Shown here piece by piece: positions 51,480 to 63,863 of a stretch of 64,000 nucleotides of DNA. The stretch covers positions 85,808,001 through 85,872,000 of the forward strand of contig NC_043006.1 in NCBI RefSeq assembly GCF_006345805.1, read 5' to 3'. The position numbers and the translations under genes are program-made. The notes under the pieces are model-generated. The model made no database searches. It was not told where the DNA came from and worked only from the letters and a program-made list of their open reading frames with translations. Numbering within the stretch: position 1 is the first letter of the stretch; each line of letters begins with the position of its first letter. Origin of the DNA: Octopus sinensis (Eukaryota).

Positions 51480-52560
51480 AATGAAAGAACGAATGAGGAA
51501 GAGAGGAGAGAAAGAAGAGGAGGACAATAAGGACATAAGGATGATAGTGTTGGTGAGGAGAATGGTAATGCTGACAATGATGTTGCTGCTGCTACTGCGG
51601 CTACTGCTGCTGCTGATGATGATGATGATGACGAGGGTGGTGGTGGTGATGACTAAGAGGTGGAGGAGGAATATAATGATGATGATGATGATGATAAAGA
51701 AGTAGAGATACTGATGATAATGGTGATGGTGATGATGGTGAGAGTGAAGATGACAGTGATGATGATGGTGATGAGAAAGAAGAGAAAGAATTGAATACTG
51801 ATGATAGTCATATAACAATAATGATGATGGCAATGACCAAAGAGGAAAAGCAAGTTGTTGATAATGGTGATGATGATGGTAGTGTTCCAGATAATAATGG
51901 TGATGTCGTAATTACCAAATTAATTATTGCTGTAATCAACGCCAATAGCCTACATGGTTGGTATCTGATTACATAGGCAGTGAGGGAAAGGTGAAATACC
52001 ATTAGCCTATTAATGAACATGATTATGATGATCATCATCATCGTTATTGCCATGAGCATTCTCCACTTTTTCATTATTTTCATCATCACTGCCCTATCAT
52101 CATCATCTTCATCCTTGTCGTATTCGTCGTCATCATTGTCATCATCACTGTCATCATTTTCATCATCACAATCAACTTCATCCTCATTGTCATCAGTATC
52201 GCCTCCTCCTCCTCCTCATCATCATCATCCTCATCATCCTCATCATCATCATCAGCATCATCATCATCACTATCATCACAATCAACCTCACCCTTGTCAC
52301 CAGTCTTTCTTCTTGTCTCCTCATCTTCATCATCATTATTATTATCATGATGATGACTGCCTTGTCATCAATATCTCCTTATCCCCATCATCTTCACTAT
52401 CACCATCATCAATGACCACAATTGTCATCAGCATCCTCTCCTCCTTCTCATCGTCATCATCACTATTATTGACATTGCCATTATGATTCTAACTACCACT
52501 ATCGTCCTCCTCTTCATCATCATCATCATCATTCTCTTCTCCCTCCTCTTTTTCTTCATT
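51480..52560. repeat. Degenerate trinucleotide low-complexity region: (GAT/GGT)n followed by (CAT/CCT)n
   Basis: Directly visible. Confidence 0.9.
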
Positions 52561-52855
52561 AATCACTGTGTCTAATTACAAGTGTTTCTATTTTTGCTCA
52601 TTTCCTCCATAAATGACCAACTTTCTTACAAATCAAGCTAAACAATATTTCTTTGAGCAAGTGTTCTTCTGCTGATACCATGGTTACTCTAGGCACTGTA
52701 TATACAGACAATCCATTCCTCATTGTCTTGCCTCTTCATGTATATATACCTGAATTTTCTTGGGCTACTCAACTTGTTAGAAATCACCATTAAATCTCCC
52801 TCAGAGTACACCCTGTATTAAAACAGAAAGAACACATTGGATAATGTAGTCCACA

Positions 52856-53790
52856 AGGCACAGGTGTGGCTGTGTGGTAACAAACTTGCTTCCCAGCCAC
52901 ATGGTTCTGGGATTGAGTCCCACTGCTTGGAACTGTGGGCAAGTGTTTTCTGCTATAGCCTCATGTCAACCAAAGCCTTGTGAGTAGATATGGTTGATGT
53001 AAGAAGCCCATTGTGTGTGTGTGTGTGCGTACATTCCCCCAAGCGTGTGTGTGTGTGTGTGTGCGCACCCCTGTGCACGTGTGTGTGTATGGAGATATAT
53101 ATGGACCTTTGTGTTTGCCCCACACCATCAATTAACAACTGGTGTTGGTGTGTTTAAAATAAAATAATAATAATGAAATTATTGTGTACAGTGCTCAGGT
53201 GCACCACAGCTTGTCAAAAGTTCATATAAAGCAAATGCAGTAATGTACATATGTCTGGAAAGCGAACAGTGTATGAGTCAGATACATGCTTGTGTGTGTA
53301 CGGAGGGGAGAAAATCAGGTGTAGTGTTGACGAATCTCAGGAAGCATGGAAGTTTTGAAGGATGCAGTGCTCCGACAACTAACAACTGATGCCGGCAGTT
53401 TGTTCCATGCTTCAGCAACTCTTAGCGTGAAAAAATGTTTCCGAAAGTGCTGTTTTCTGACTTTGTAAACATGTTCACGGGTGTTAGACAGGTGGAGTTT
53501 GAAAAGGTGCTCAGAGTTATTGTTTGTAAGATGGTTAATAATTTTATGGGTGTCTGCCAAGTCAGCTGTCAGTCGTCGGAGTTTCAATGTATCCATGCCC
53601 AGGGAAGTAAGGCATTCAGAATATGGCAAATGCCTGATGAAGGGTTCGGCAAAAGAGACCAATACAATAAGAACCAGGCTTTAAAAAAAAGAACATCGGT
53701 ACTGGGGTTGATTCATCAGACTTAGATTCTTCATGATAGTGTCCCAGTATGGCCACAGTCTAATAACTGAAACAAGTAAAAGATAAAAAA
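52856..53790 (+). mobile_element. SINE type A interrupted by a LINE insertion
   Basis: Head tggctgtgtggtaac... to ggtgtgttta (~53157), resuming at gggttcggcaaaagagacc (~53642) through to the tail gaaacaagtaaaagataaaa. Confidence 0.85.
53158..53641 (-). mobile_element. CR1/L2-like LINE 3' fragment
   Basis: LKLRRLTADL...HKIIN....LFKL..TREH.YKV.KQH..FFTLRVAEAWNKLPASVVS..S.ASFK; (ATT)n-like tail. Confidence 0.85.
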
Positions 53791-54246
53791 TATAAAGATA
53801 TACAACCTGACAAAAATATTAAAATATTCAAAATTTCCCCTGCTTGATTTTATAATTTACCATTCCACACTTAAATTAGCTTGGATACAAAATATCTCCC
53901 TTTAAAAAAAAATCAGTATTTCAGGTTATTATTATCATCATCATCATCACCATCATCATCACTGTTTTAATGCCCACTTTGCCATGCTTGCATGAGTCAG
54001 ACAGAATTTGTTGAGGTAGATTTTCTATGGCTGGATTCTCTTCCTGTTGCCAACCCTCACCTGTTTCCAAGCAAGCTAATATTTCTCCTTGGCCAGACAT
54101 GTTTGTCTTGGAAATCTAGAAATAAATGATATTTATTATATGATGGTGAAATTCATTTATGACCATCATATGTCAAAACAAGGATAGACTCAAACACACA
54201 CACACAAACACAGACACACACACACATGTAGATACATACATATATA

Positions 54247-54453
54247 ACAAATTTCGGACTGCCAATATCCACAGCTTTGTGCGCCGCGTTAGGTTGAGTG
54301 AGCTTTTCCGTGACACTCCACCTGCACCTAATGAGGCTGACTGCTTCACCAACCTGGGCTGCCTACTATCCCAGTGTATGCCAACTCCTGGCCAGTTCCA
54401 AGCAGTCTATCTTTTTTTAGGTGTCTGCCAGTGTGCTGTGGACCAGTTTGACT
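54247..54453 (+). mobile_element. Inverted fragment of the adjacent Penelope-like element
   Basis: Aligns by eye (~80-85% identity) to the reverse complement of 56452-56659. Confidence 0.9.
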
Positions 54454-57170
54454 GGGAAGGTGGGCATGAGAGAAGAGAGGAAGAGAGTAAGAGAGAAAGA
54501 GAGTAAGAAAGAAGAGAGAAGAGAGTAGGGGTGAAGAGAAGAAGGAGTTGGAGCAAGAGAGGAGAGGTGGGTGGGAGGAAGTAGGGGGAGATGCAAGAGG
54601 AGGAGGTTAGATGAAGAGGGAAGGAGAGTTGAGCCCATGTGGTGCAAAAGAGCAAAGAGAGAAGATTAATCCCTGTTCACTGCACAAACAGGAGTCCGGA
54701 TTGCCTCTGTGCAGGGACAATCCGAACATGGATAGGTGTTGCAAAGAGTGACTGGTAGTATGGAAATGGCATGAGACCGGGGTGTCATTGCTGAGGCAGA
54801 TGTCTCGGAGGTCTTCTGCAAACCGGTCAGCCAAGCGGCATCCCGTTTGTCCGATGTACAGAGAATGGCAGAGAGAGCAGGAGATGAAATAGATGATATT
54901 GGTAGAAGGGCAGGTGAAGGAGTCGGTGATGTTATAGGGTCGATGATGGGTGCCAGTGAGGAGGGTGGTGTTGGAGAGGTAAGGGCAAGTGCGGCAGCAT
55001 GGGTGGGAGCAGGGGAACAAGCCAGGTTGGGAGGTTGGGTTGGGGAGGAAGCTGTGAACCAAGAGGTCTCGTAGGTTGTGGGCTCATTTGAAGGAGGGGA
55101 GCGGTCAGTTAGGGAAGATGTGTGAAGTGGAGGGGTCGAACTGGAGATGCTGGAAAGCTCGGAGAATGGTGCATTGGAGAGGTAAAGTGGTGGGGTGGTA
55201 GGTGAAGGGAAACGAGAAGCAGGAGACTGCAGGGTGAGTTTGGGGGGAGAGAGCAGATGCACGGTCCATGGGATGTACTCTGGCAAGGGTGGTGTGGATA
55301 GTGGTAAGGGGATATCCTCATAGGATGAAGTGGCAAGTCTCAAATCATGGTCATCACTACAGAGCCTGCGTAGATGGAGGAATTGGGAATAGGGGATGGA
55401 AAGCTTGGTGTATTTAGGGTGGGAGGAGGAGAAGTTGAGGTATAAGTGTGAGTCTGTGTGTTTGTAGTGGATGGAGGTGGTAAGAGTGGAGTGATGAATG
55501 CTGACCGAAATGTCAAGAAAGGAGACAGAGGTGTCAGAGATAGTGCAGGAGAAGTGGAGGGAAGGATGGAAAGATTGAGCAAAAGAGAGGAAGGAGTCTA
55601 GATGTTCGCAGGAGAGTGAGGTTGCACCAATACAATCATCAATATAACGGCCATATAGTTCAGGAGTGGGACCAGTGAAACTTGAGAATATTTGGTCCTC
55701 AACATAGCCAACAAACAGGTTCACATAGTCTCGTTCCCATGGCCACTCTCGAGATCTGCTGGTAGAAATTGTCCATGAACAAGAAGCAGTTGAGTAAGAA
55801 GACAAGTTCAGCCAGACAAATAAGTGTTGAGGTGTCGGGTTGGGGGTTGGGTCGGAGGTCAAGGAAATGTTTGAGTGCACCCAGCCCCTCGTGGTGAGGG
55901 ATCACTGTGTAAAGGCTCTGGAAATCGAGAGTGAGGAGAAGTTTAGAGGGGCCAGGAAGGAAGGAGAAAGAGTTGAATAAATGAAGCGTGTGGTTGGTGT
56001 CATGGATGTGAGAAGGGAGAGAAGCCACTAGGGGTGGGGCAAGAACACGGTCAAGATATTTGGAGATAAGCTCAGTGGAGCAGTTACAGGTGGAGACGAT
56101 GGGGCAGCCAGGGTTGTTAGGTTTGTGGATTTTGGGGAGGAAGTAAATGATGGGGGTGCGGGAATGTGGACAATGAAGTTGGAGGCAGTGTGAGGGAGAC
56201 GGGAGAAAGAGATGAGGTCATGGATAGTGGAGGACACAGTCTGTTGGTAACTGGGCGTGGGGTCAGAGGGCAGTAGAAGGAAGTGTCTTGAAGTTGGCGG
56301 AGAGCTTCGACCTTATAGAGGTTCATGTGCCATACCACCATGGCTCCACCCTTGTTAGCTGGTTTTATAACGATGTCAGTGCAGTGTTGGAGGGATCGAA
56401 GGGCTGAGAGTTCAGCTGGGAAAATGCTGAGACAACAGGGGCGCCTGGAAAAGTTAAACTGGTCCACAGCGTGCTGGCAGGTGCCTGCAAAAAGATCAAC
56501 TGCTTGGAACTGGCCAGGAGCAGGCGTCCACTGGGATGGTCGGCAGCCCAGGGCAGTGAAGCAGTCCCCCTCGTTAGATGCGGGTGGAGTGTCGCGGAAA
56601 AGCGCACACAACCTAACGCGGCACACAAAGCTGTGGATATCAGTATGAGTCCGAAATTCGTTGCAGGATGGAGTGAGGGGGATGAAACGCAGACCCCCTA
56701 CTGAGATTGGAGTGCTCTGCCGCAGAGAGAAGAAGATCTGGGGGAATGGTAACAACAGACTGAAGTGGAGAAGGGATGGATGGAATAGAAGTAGGAGAGG
56801 TGGATGGGGTAGAGATAGGAGGGGTTGTAGGGCTGGTGGAAGGCTGGGAGGGAGGGGATGGAGATGCGTGAGGGGAGTTGGAGGGACAGGGGTTGGGCGT
56901 GGGTGGAGGGAGCGTATCAGGGAGGGAGAAGTGTAGTGGAGGAGTTGGGGTAGTGGCATCGGGGTGTGATGGAATGGAGGAGTGAGTGGAGTTTACGAAG
57001 TTTGGTGTTAGCAAGAAATTGATGAAAGAGATGATTTAAATGAATTATGTAATGCAACATGTGAGCATGGGAGGGTGACAGAGAGGAGAAAAAGATGGAA
57101 AAAGCAGGAGGGAGAAGGCGGTCAATGGTATGTATTTTAGAGAGATTGGAGCAAGTGGTGGCATAAATAC
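54454..57170 (-). mobile_element. Penelope-like retroelement (RT + GIY-YIG endonuclease), frameshifted
   Basis: GLRFIP, IKPANKGGAMVV, TLDFQSLYTVIPH, VAMGT, YGRYIDDC, FLDISV, YKHTDSH.YL.FSSSHP, SIPYSQ.L.LRR.CS; Cys-rich C..PCCRTC linker; NIIYFISCSLCHSLYIGQT (GIY-YIG); LIFSL..FAPHGLN. Several frameshifts. Confidence 0.95.
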
Positions 57171-57399
57171 ATGTATGTATATAATTTATTAATGAATATT
57201 AATTACATTATAGTTTTTAGATTAACTTAAGTATATTAAATTAGTGGTTATAAAATTGATACTGTTTAAATTAGTACTGAGTTTATATAGAATGGGTCCA
57301 GGGGTTGATTTGTTCGCATAAAGGCGGGGCTCCAGCATAACCATATTTATATGAATGAAACAAATAAATTTGTATAAGAGTATTAGAGAATATACAGTA

Positions 57400-58830
57400 A
57401 ATTGTTGTTATATAAATTAATTTAACTATGTGGTAATTTGAGTATATTTGAATTTTATCATAGTTAATTTAGAATTTTTAGGTTTCTAGTGAATAATATC
57501 CTACTGTTTAGTGATTTTATTCTCTCTTAGAGATTTTATTCTCTTTTTGTTAAAGCTAAAATGTATTTGTAATTTTCATTGATAAAATGTATATTTCCAT
57601 CTGTTTGTTCTATTTCTTTAAGCCACATCTTCACGAGTAAATTTATAAACGCTAAGTAATATGTTTTTCGTTTTGAAATTTTTTAGTTCATAATACACCT
57701 TTGGAGAGATAAGTATACTTTTTTATTTAAGAAATAATAATGTACTCTATATAAATATTGATTAATAAATATGAATTTCTAATTTTTTTATTTGTTAATG
57801 ATAATTTAGATACGTACATTTATTTAATTATCATTATTTTATAATTATTATATCTGAACGTAAATTGTAAAATATTAGTACTATTAAATTTAATAATGAT
57901 AATAATAATAATAATAATAAGTACTTTTTTCACAAATAATTTTATAAACGATAAGTTATATGGTTTCAGATTTGGAATTTTTTATTTTTTATCTTTTGTT
58001 ATATATATATAATTTAGAAACAAATTTAGTTTGTTCATCAACAAAATGAGAACATCGTTAAATGAATAAATAATCCAACATTATAATATCCGAAAGTTGA
58101 TGAACAAACTAAATTTGTTTCTCCATTTTCTTATTTGTATTATAAATTTACGGTAAAAATATTTCTTTACCTTCACCCATTTAATACAATAAATGAGTTA
58201 ATTGCATTGCAATTAAAAACATTTATGTATTAAGAATCTGGGTACTTTACCAACAGTATATTGGATAAATGCTATCCCATACTGGGTTACACCCATAACC
58301 CCTATCTTACTTTGTTTTATATATATTATATATACATATAACAAAAAATACATATAAAGAAAATCATATCTTTATTTTAGATCTCATCGTATAAATCCAA
58401 CAATTGTTCAGCCAATAATGGATTATAAGGTGGAATCTTTTGGGGTGTAAAAATTTGTTTGATATCATTAAGATCTGTATCAAAAAGATCATCACTATTA
58501 CTATTATTATTGAAGTAGTATGCATGCCACCTCTTATGATAAATAAGTGAATTAGTCTTACTAATTCAATTCTTCATATATTCTTTTGTAGGCGGTAAAG
58601 GTATATCCTTTATAAATGTGTTGACAAAAATTTTCTCCATATCAAGGATAATCCACCATAAGCACTCCAAACAAAGAGAATGATAGAGTATGTAATTAGA
58701 AGAAAAAATTAGATTTAAAAATCCTGGCAGATATCAGTAAAGCACCCAGTATTAAAGGAATTTGCTTAAATTCTGCAAAAGGATAGCTGAATTTACCTGG
58801 GATATGTATTCTACTTACATTTACTGGTAT
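57400..58830 (-). pseudogene. Very AT-rich decayed coding relics of unknown origin (virus- or Polinton-like, by inference only)
   Basis: About 118 codons at 58733 to 58377 with a single internal TGA (..CLECLWWIILDMEKIFVNTFIKDIPLPPTKEYMKN*ISK..KRWHAYYF..PQKIPPYNPLLAEQLLDLYDEI). Other broken frames, and a diverged second copy near 48355-48590. Confidence 0.4.
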
Positions 58831-60029
58831 CTGATTGTTGAACATTTAGCCAAATTCTTTGATTGGCCTGAAGCTATAGTTGAGGACCTTGGGTGAGGTG
58901 CCATACAGTAGAAATGAACTCAAAACTGTATGGTTGCAAACTGAACTTTTTAACCACACAGCCATGGCAGCACCTAGATATTTGTAGCTATGTATAAAAA
59001 TATACAGATGTGTAGTATTATATACACACAGCACTCTACAGTTATTTACATTGAATCACTACCAATCCAAGTATGTGGTTAGCCAATATGTACAAATATG
59101 TATCATTGTGAAAATTCTTGTATTTGGATGAATATGTGTGCTGTGTTTGTGACAAGCAGGTGGCTGAATTAAATAGTAATTGTGATGTCAAAGTGGTGAT
59201 AGTAAAGGTGAAGAAAGCCATATCCATCATGCTGTTATAGTGGTGGTGGAGGCAGTGAGTTACTCAGCACAAAAGGGTAAGTGCAAAGTGGGTTGCCAAC
59301 TGTCTGAATGAATTCTGTTTCTACATATGTCTGATATTTGAAGCTAGGAAATGAATTACATAGACAGATGTCACCAAAGGTCAAGCTAAACTAAGTTTCC
59401 TGTCTCCAATATAAATAGAAAGTTGATAAAGAGAACAATCTGAAAATGAGCCAAGATTCCCTGACAATGAATTGTAAGTTTGACAGATTAAATCTCAAAG
59501 TATCGGTCCATAACTGACTTCTTTTACAAATTTATGAAGTACACTACAAAATATAGGATCAATAAGATTGCGCAATCCACTGTTACATGAATAAAGTCAA
59601 TAGGTGATTTATATTTTTACATAATAACTAATTTCCTTTATATAATCAATTTCAGTAGATATAAAAGTGGTTATATTCATAATTACTTAATCACATAATT
59701 GAAATATTGATTTTTAATGTAGGCACAAGACTTCACATTTGGGGAGGGCTTCGTTGATTATATCAACCCCACTACTTAACTGGTGCTTATTTTATTGACT
59801 CTGAAACAACATTCTAAGATTACTGCTCTAATGTGTCAGAGTGCGCGTCTTTTCGGATGTGTGTGTGTATTTCCTTCCCAAATAATTATTTTTTAAGTAA
59901 CTTTTTGATGCTCACTATATTAAATGTTAACATTAAGACTTTACTGTTATTTTTCATGGATATGGGTGTCTCAGAGAAACTCCCTTCAGTGATTGATTTC
60001 TTTAAATATGCTAATTGTTAAGTGTCACG

Positions 60030-62907
60030 TGTGTACAGTCATGCAGTGATTTTCTCATGCAAATGATATTATGGTTTGCAATACTAACTTCAGGAAACCT
60101 GCCAGTCACCTAGTCACCTACCGTTCTGGCAAACACACTAGCCAAATTGACTACTTCCTCGCCAGAAAAAGGGAAAGATGGCTGCTTATAAATGCCAAAA
60201 CCTTCCCAGGTGGAGAATGTACTCCACAACAGAGACTAGTAGTTAGTGACTTCAGGATCAGGGCTAAATGGTTGCCCAGAAGATGACCAGCATGGAAGCT
60301 TAAAAGATCCGTGAACGGACAGAGGTTTAGAGACATATTACTCGAAGCCTTTGACAAAATAGAAGGGGATATAGCTTCACACGATGTAGAAGACAACTGG
60401 AGGTTTCTACGAGACAACCTGCTGAGGGCCACTGACCAGATCTGTGGATGGTGCAAAGTCCCCTCTCGAACCAAAATAATGTGGTGGTGGAACAATGTTG
60501 TTGACAGGGCTATTAGAGAAAAGAAACAGGTTTGGAAGGACTGGAAGAATGGTGGTAGCAGGGAATTGTATCAGACTGCCAGAAGGGAAGCTAGGAGACA
60601 GGTTTATTTAGTCAGAGGGGAAGCAGATAAGAAAAAATTTGCCGATGTCCTGCACCATGAAGACCAAAGACTTGAGGTATTTCGTGTTGCAAGACAGTGT
60701 GTGAGAGAGAATCATGATGCTGTAGGAGAGAAATGTGTCCGCATGGATGATGGTTCACTAGCACTAAACGAGGCTGCAAAGAGAGAGGTTTGGGATGCCA
60801 CTATGAAAGGTTGCTCAATAAAGAAAATGAATGGGAGAAAGAGAGTCTGCCGAATGTCAACCCAACAGAGGAACCACTTATCGTAGTTGACAGTACCTTA
60901 TTAGATAAAGCAATTAAGAGTATGAAGACAGGGAAAGCCCCTGGCCCATCAGAAATCACTGCAGAGATGCTCAAAATATCTGGTGGTGTCGGCTATAGCC
61001 TAGTCACCTGTATAGCTAACCAGGTGATACATGAAGGAGTCATACCCAATGACTATAGTCAGCTGCTACAAAGGTAAAGGTAATGCTTTAGATACAAATA
61101 ATTACAGAGGTATCAAGTTGTTGGATCAGGTAATGAAGGTCACAGAGAGGGTTATAGCCCAACTAATTAAGGAGAGAGTCAGTTTAGATGAGATGCAGTT
61201 TGGGTTCATGCCAGGGAAAAGCACCACTGATGCTACATTTCTGGTAAGACAACTGCAGGAGAAATACCTAGCCAAAGATAAACCTCTGTACCTGACTTTT
61301 GTTGACATGGAGAAAGCCTTTGACAGAGTCCCCCAATCCCTTATCTGGTAATCAATGAGGAAACTAGAGATAGATGAATGATTAGTGAGAGTTATGCAAG
61401 CCATGTACAGGGACACTAACAGTAAGGTGAGGGTTGGCAGCGAGTACAGTGAAGAATTCTGGGTAGAGGTAGGGGTCCACTAAGGTTCAGTCCTCAGCCC
61501 CCTTCTATTTATTATAGTCCTCCAGACAATAACAGAGGAATTCAAGACAGGATGCCCCTGGGAGCACCTCTATGCTGACGACCTTGCTCTACAGAACTAG
61601 AGGAGAAGTTTCAGGTGTGGAAACAAGGATTAGAATTGAAGGGCCTTAGAGTCAACCTAGCTAAAACCAAAGTCCTAATAAGCAGGAAGGCAGGCAAACC
61701 ACAAATCCCTTCAGGTAGTTGGGCCTGCTCGATCTGTAGAAAAGGTGTAGGTAGAAACTCTATAAAATGTACCCAGTGTAAGCTATGGACACATAAGAGG
61801 TGCAGCAATATCAAAGGAAGGTTAACAGGGAAGATAGTTTTTGCATGTGGTAGATGCTCAGGAGCAATAAACACTGAAAATGTGCAGAGAACAATTTCCG
61901 ACACGTTCCAGGGAGAAAAACTAGAAGTAGTTGATAGCTTCCGTTACCTAGGTGACCAAGTCAGTAGCGGGGGGGGGGGGCGCTGAAAGTGTAGCTGCTA
62001 GAATAAGAATAGCCTGGGCAAAGTTCAGAGAGCTCTTACCTCTGCTAGTGACAAAGGGCCTCTCACTCAGAGTAAAAGGCAGACTATGACGCATGTGTAT
62101 GAACAGCCATGCTACATGGCAGTGAAACATGGGCCATGATTGCTGAGGACATGCATAAGCCCGCAAGGAATGAAGCCAGCATGCTCCGATGGAAGTGTAA
62201 TGTCAGTGTGCATACTCGACAGAGTGTTAGTGTTGAGAGAAAAGTTGAACCTAAGAAGCATCAGATGTGGTGTGCAAGAGAGATGCCTATGCTCATATGG
62301 TCATGTGGTGAGAATGGATGAGGATAGCTGTCTGAAAAAGTGCCACACCCTAGCGGTTGAGGGAAACTGTCGAAGAGTAGACCCAGGAAAACCTGGGATG
62401 AGGTGGTGAAGCATGACCTTCGAACATTAGGCTTCACCGAGGCAATGACTAGTGACCGGAGCCTTTAGAAATATGCTGTGCTTGAGAAGACCTGGCAAGC
62501 CAAGTGAGACCATAACCTCGTGGCCTATGCCAGGGGTGTTACCAACCCACTTATGTGTACCTTTCCTGCATGGGACACTAAACTCTGCTTGCGAAGATCT
62601 GTTGAGGCAAGTGAAATTGAAATCGAAATCAAATTCGATGACTGACATCCATGCTAGTGGAGCGCTAAGAGCACCATCTGAGCAAACTGGCTTCCGTGCT
62701 GGTGGCATGTAAAAAGCACCATTCGAGCGTGATCGTTACCAGCCTCGCCTTACTGGCACTTGTGCTGGTGGCATGTGAAAAAACATTTGAGCGAGGTCAT
62801 TCAGATTGAAGTCTGGTGCAGCCATCTGGCTCGCCAGTCCTCAGTCAAATCGTCCAACCCATGTTAGCATGGAAAGCAGACATTAAACGATGATTATGAT
62901 GATGATG
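60030..62907 (+). mobile_element. 5'-truncated RTE-clade LINE (APE C-terminus + RT + 3' UTR), inactivated
   Basis: VCNTNF..TYRSG..SQIDYFL (APE), KAPGPS, YKGKG...NYRGIKLL, QFGFMPGKSTTDA, FVDMEKAFDRVP, LYADDL, FRYLGD, MLHGSETW; premature stops and frameshifts; (GAT)n tail at 62888-62907. Confidence 0.96.
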
Positions 62908-63863
62908 CTTCAGCAAGTGTGATGATATTTTGTTGAGGATGTCAAGTGCCCCTATCTTTTAACATCCACTTTTCCATTCTTGCATGGGTTGGACAGAGTT
63001 TATTGAGGAAACTTTTCTATGGCCATATGGCCTTCCTGTCACCAAACTTCACCTGTTTACAAGCAAGATAATATATTCTTAATCCCAGACATGTTCTTAT
63101 AGAATATCAGAAATGAATGACACTGTTTGCTTAATAGTGACAATCATTTTACAATTATCGTGCAATGCCAAGGCAAGGAGACAAACAGACAGACACACAT
63201 GTATATATAATGGGCTTTTTAGTTTCCATCTACCAAATCCATTCACAAATCTCTGGTCAACCTAGATCTATAATAAAAGATGCTTTTCCAAGGTACCATG
63301 CTGTGGGACTGAACCCAGAGCCATGTTGCTGAGAAGCAAACTTCTTACCACACAGCTATGCTTGTGCCTCTACTTGTCAAAAATTATTAAAATATTAGCC
63401 ACTGAGTTGTTGTTGTCTTTTCCTAACTATATAAATTATTTTTAATTAACTTCTAGATCAGAAATTCTCAACCTTTTGTTGCTTGGTTCCCCCTTTTATA
63501 GAATACCATTTAGCAAGCACCTCTAATGTATGTTTTCATAAAAAGCAATAAAGAAAAGAAAATTATTTTAATCATACAAGCTAATTTTACACAGTGATTT
63601 CATATTCATATTTTCTTATACTATCCCACCCAGCAAGTGTCTGTTCTTTGATATTTGCATAGACTACTGTCTATCTATGTTAATTTCTAGTAGGAAATAC
63701 TGAAAAAGTGAGGGCTTATATTATGCAATTATATTGGACATTGGCTCATTATCACTCTTGTTTCTCCTTGTTGATAACACAATGTCCTATTTATGTTTTA
63801 ATCCTGACAAATAGCATTTTTGAAAGTATACTTAAAATATAAGTGTTGTTCTTGGTTTCAATA

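Noticed and set aside
51459-52486. Poly-His/Ser/Met/Ile ORFs
   Set aside because: Trinucleotide low-complexity DNA open on both strands, with no domain or splice support
57170-58830. Possible mitochondrial insertion (NUMT)
   Set aside because: AT-rich, but no recognisable cox, nad, cob, atp, rRNA or tRNA motifs
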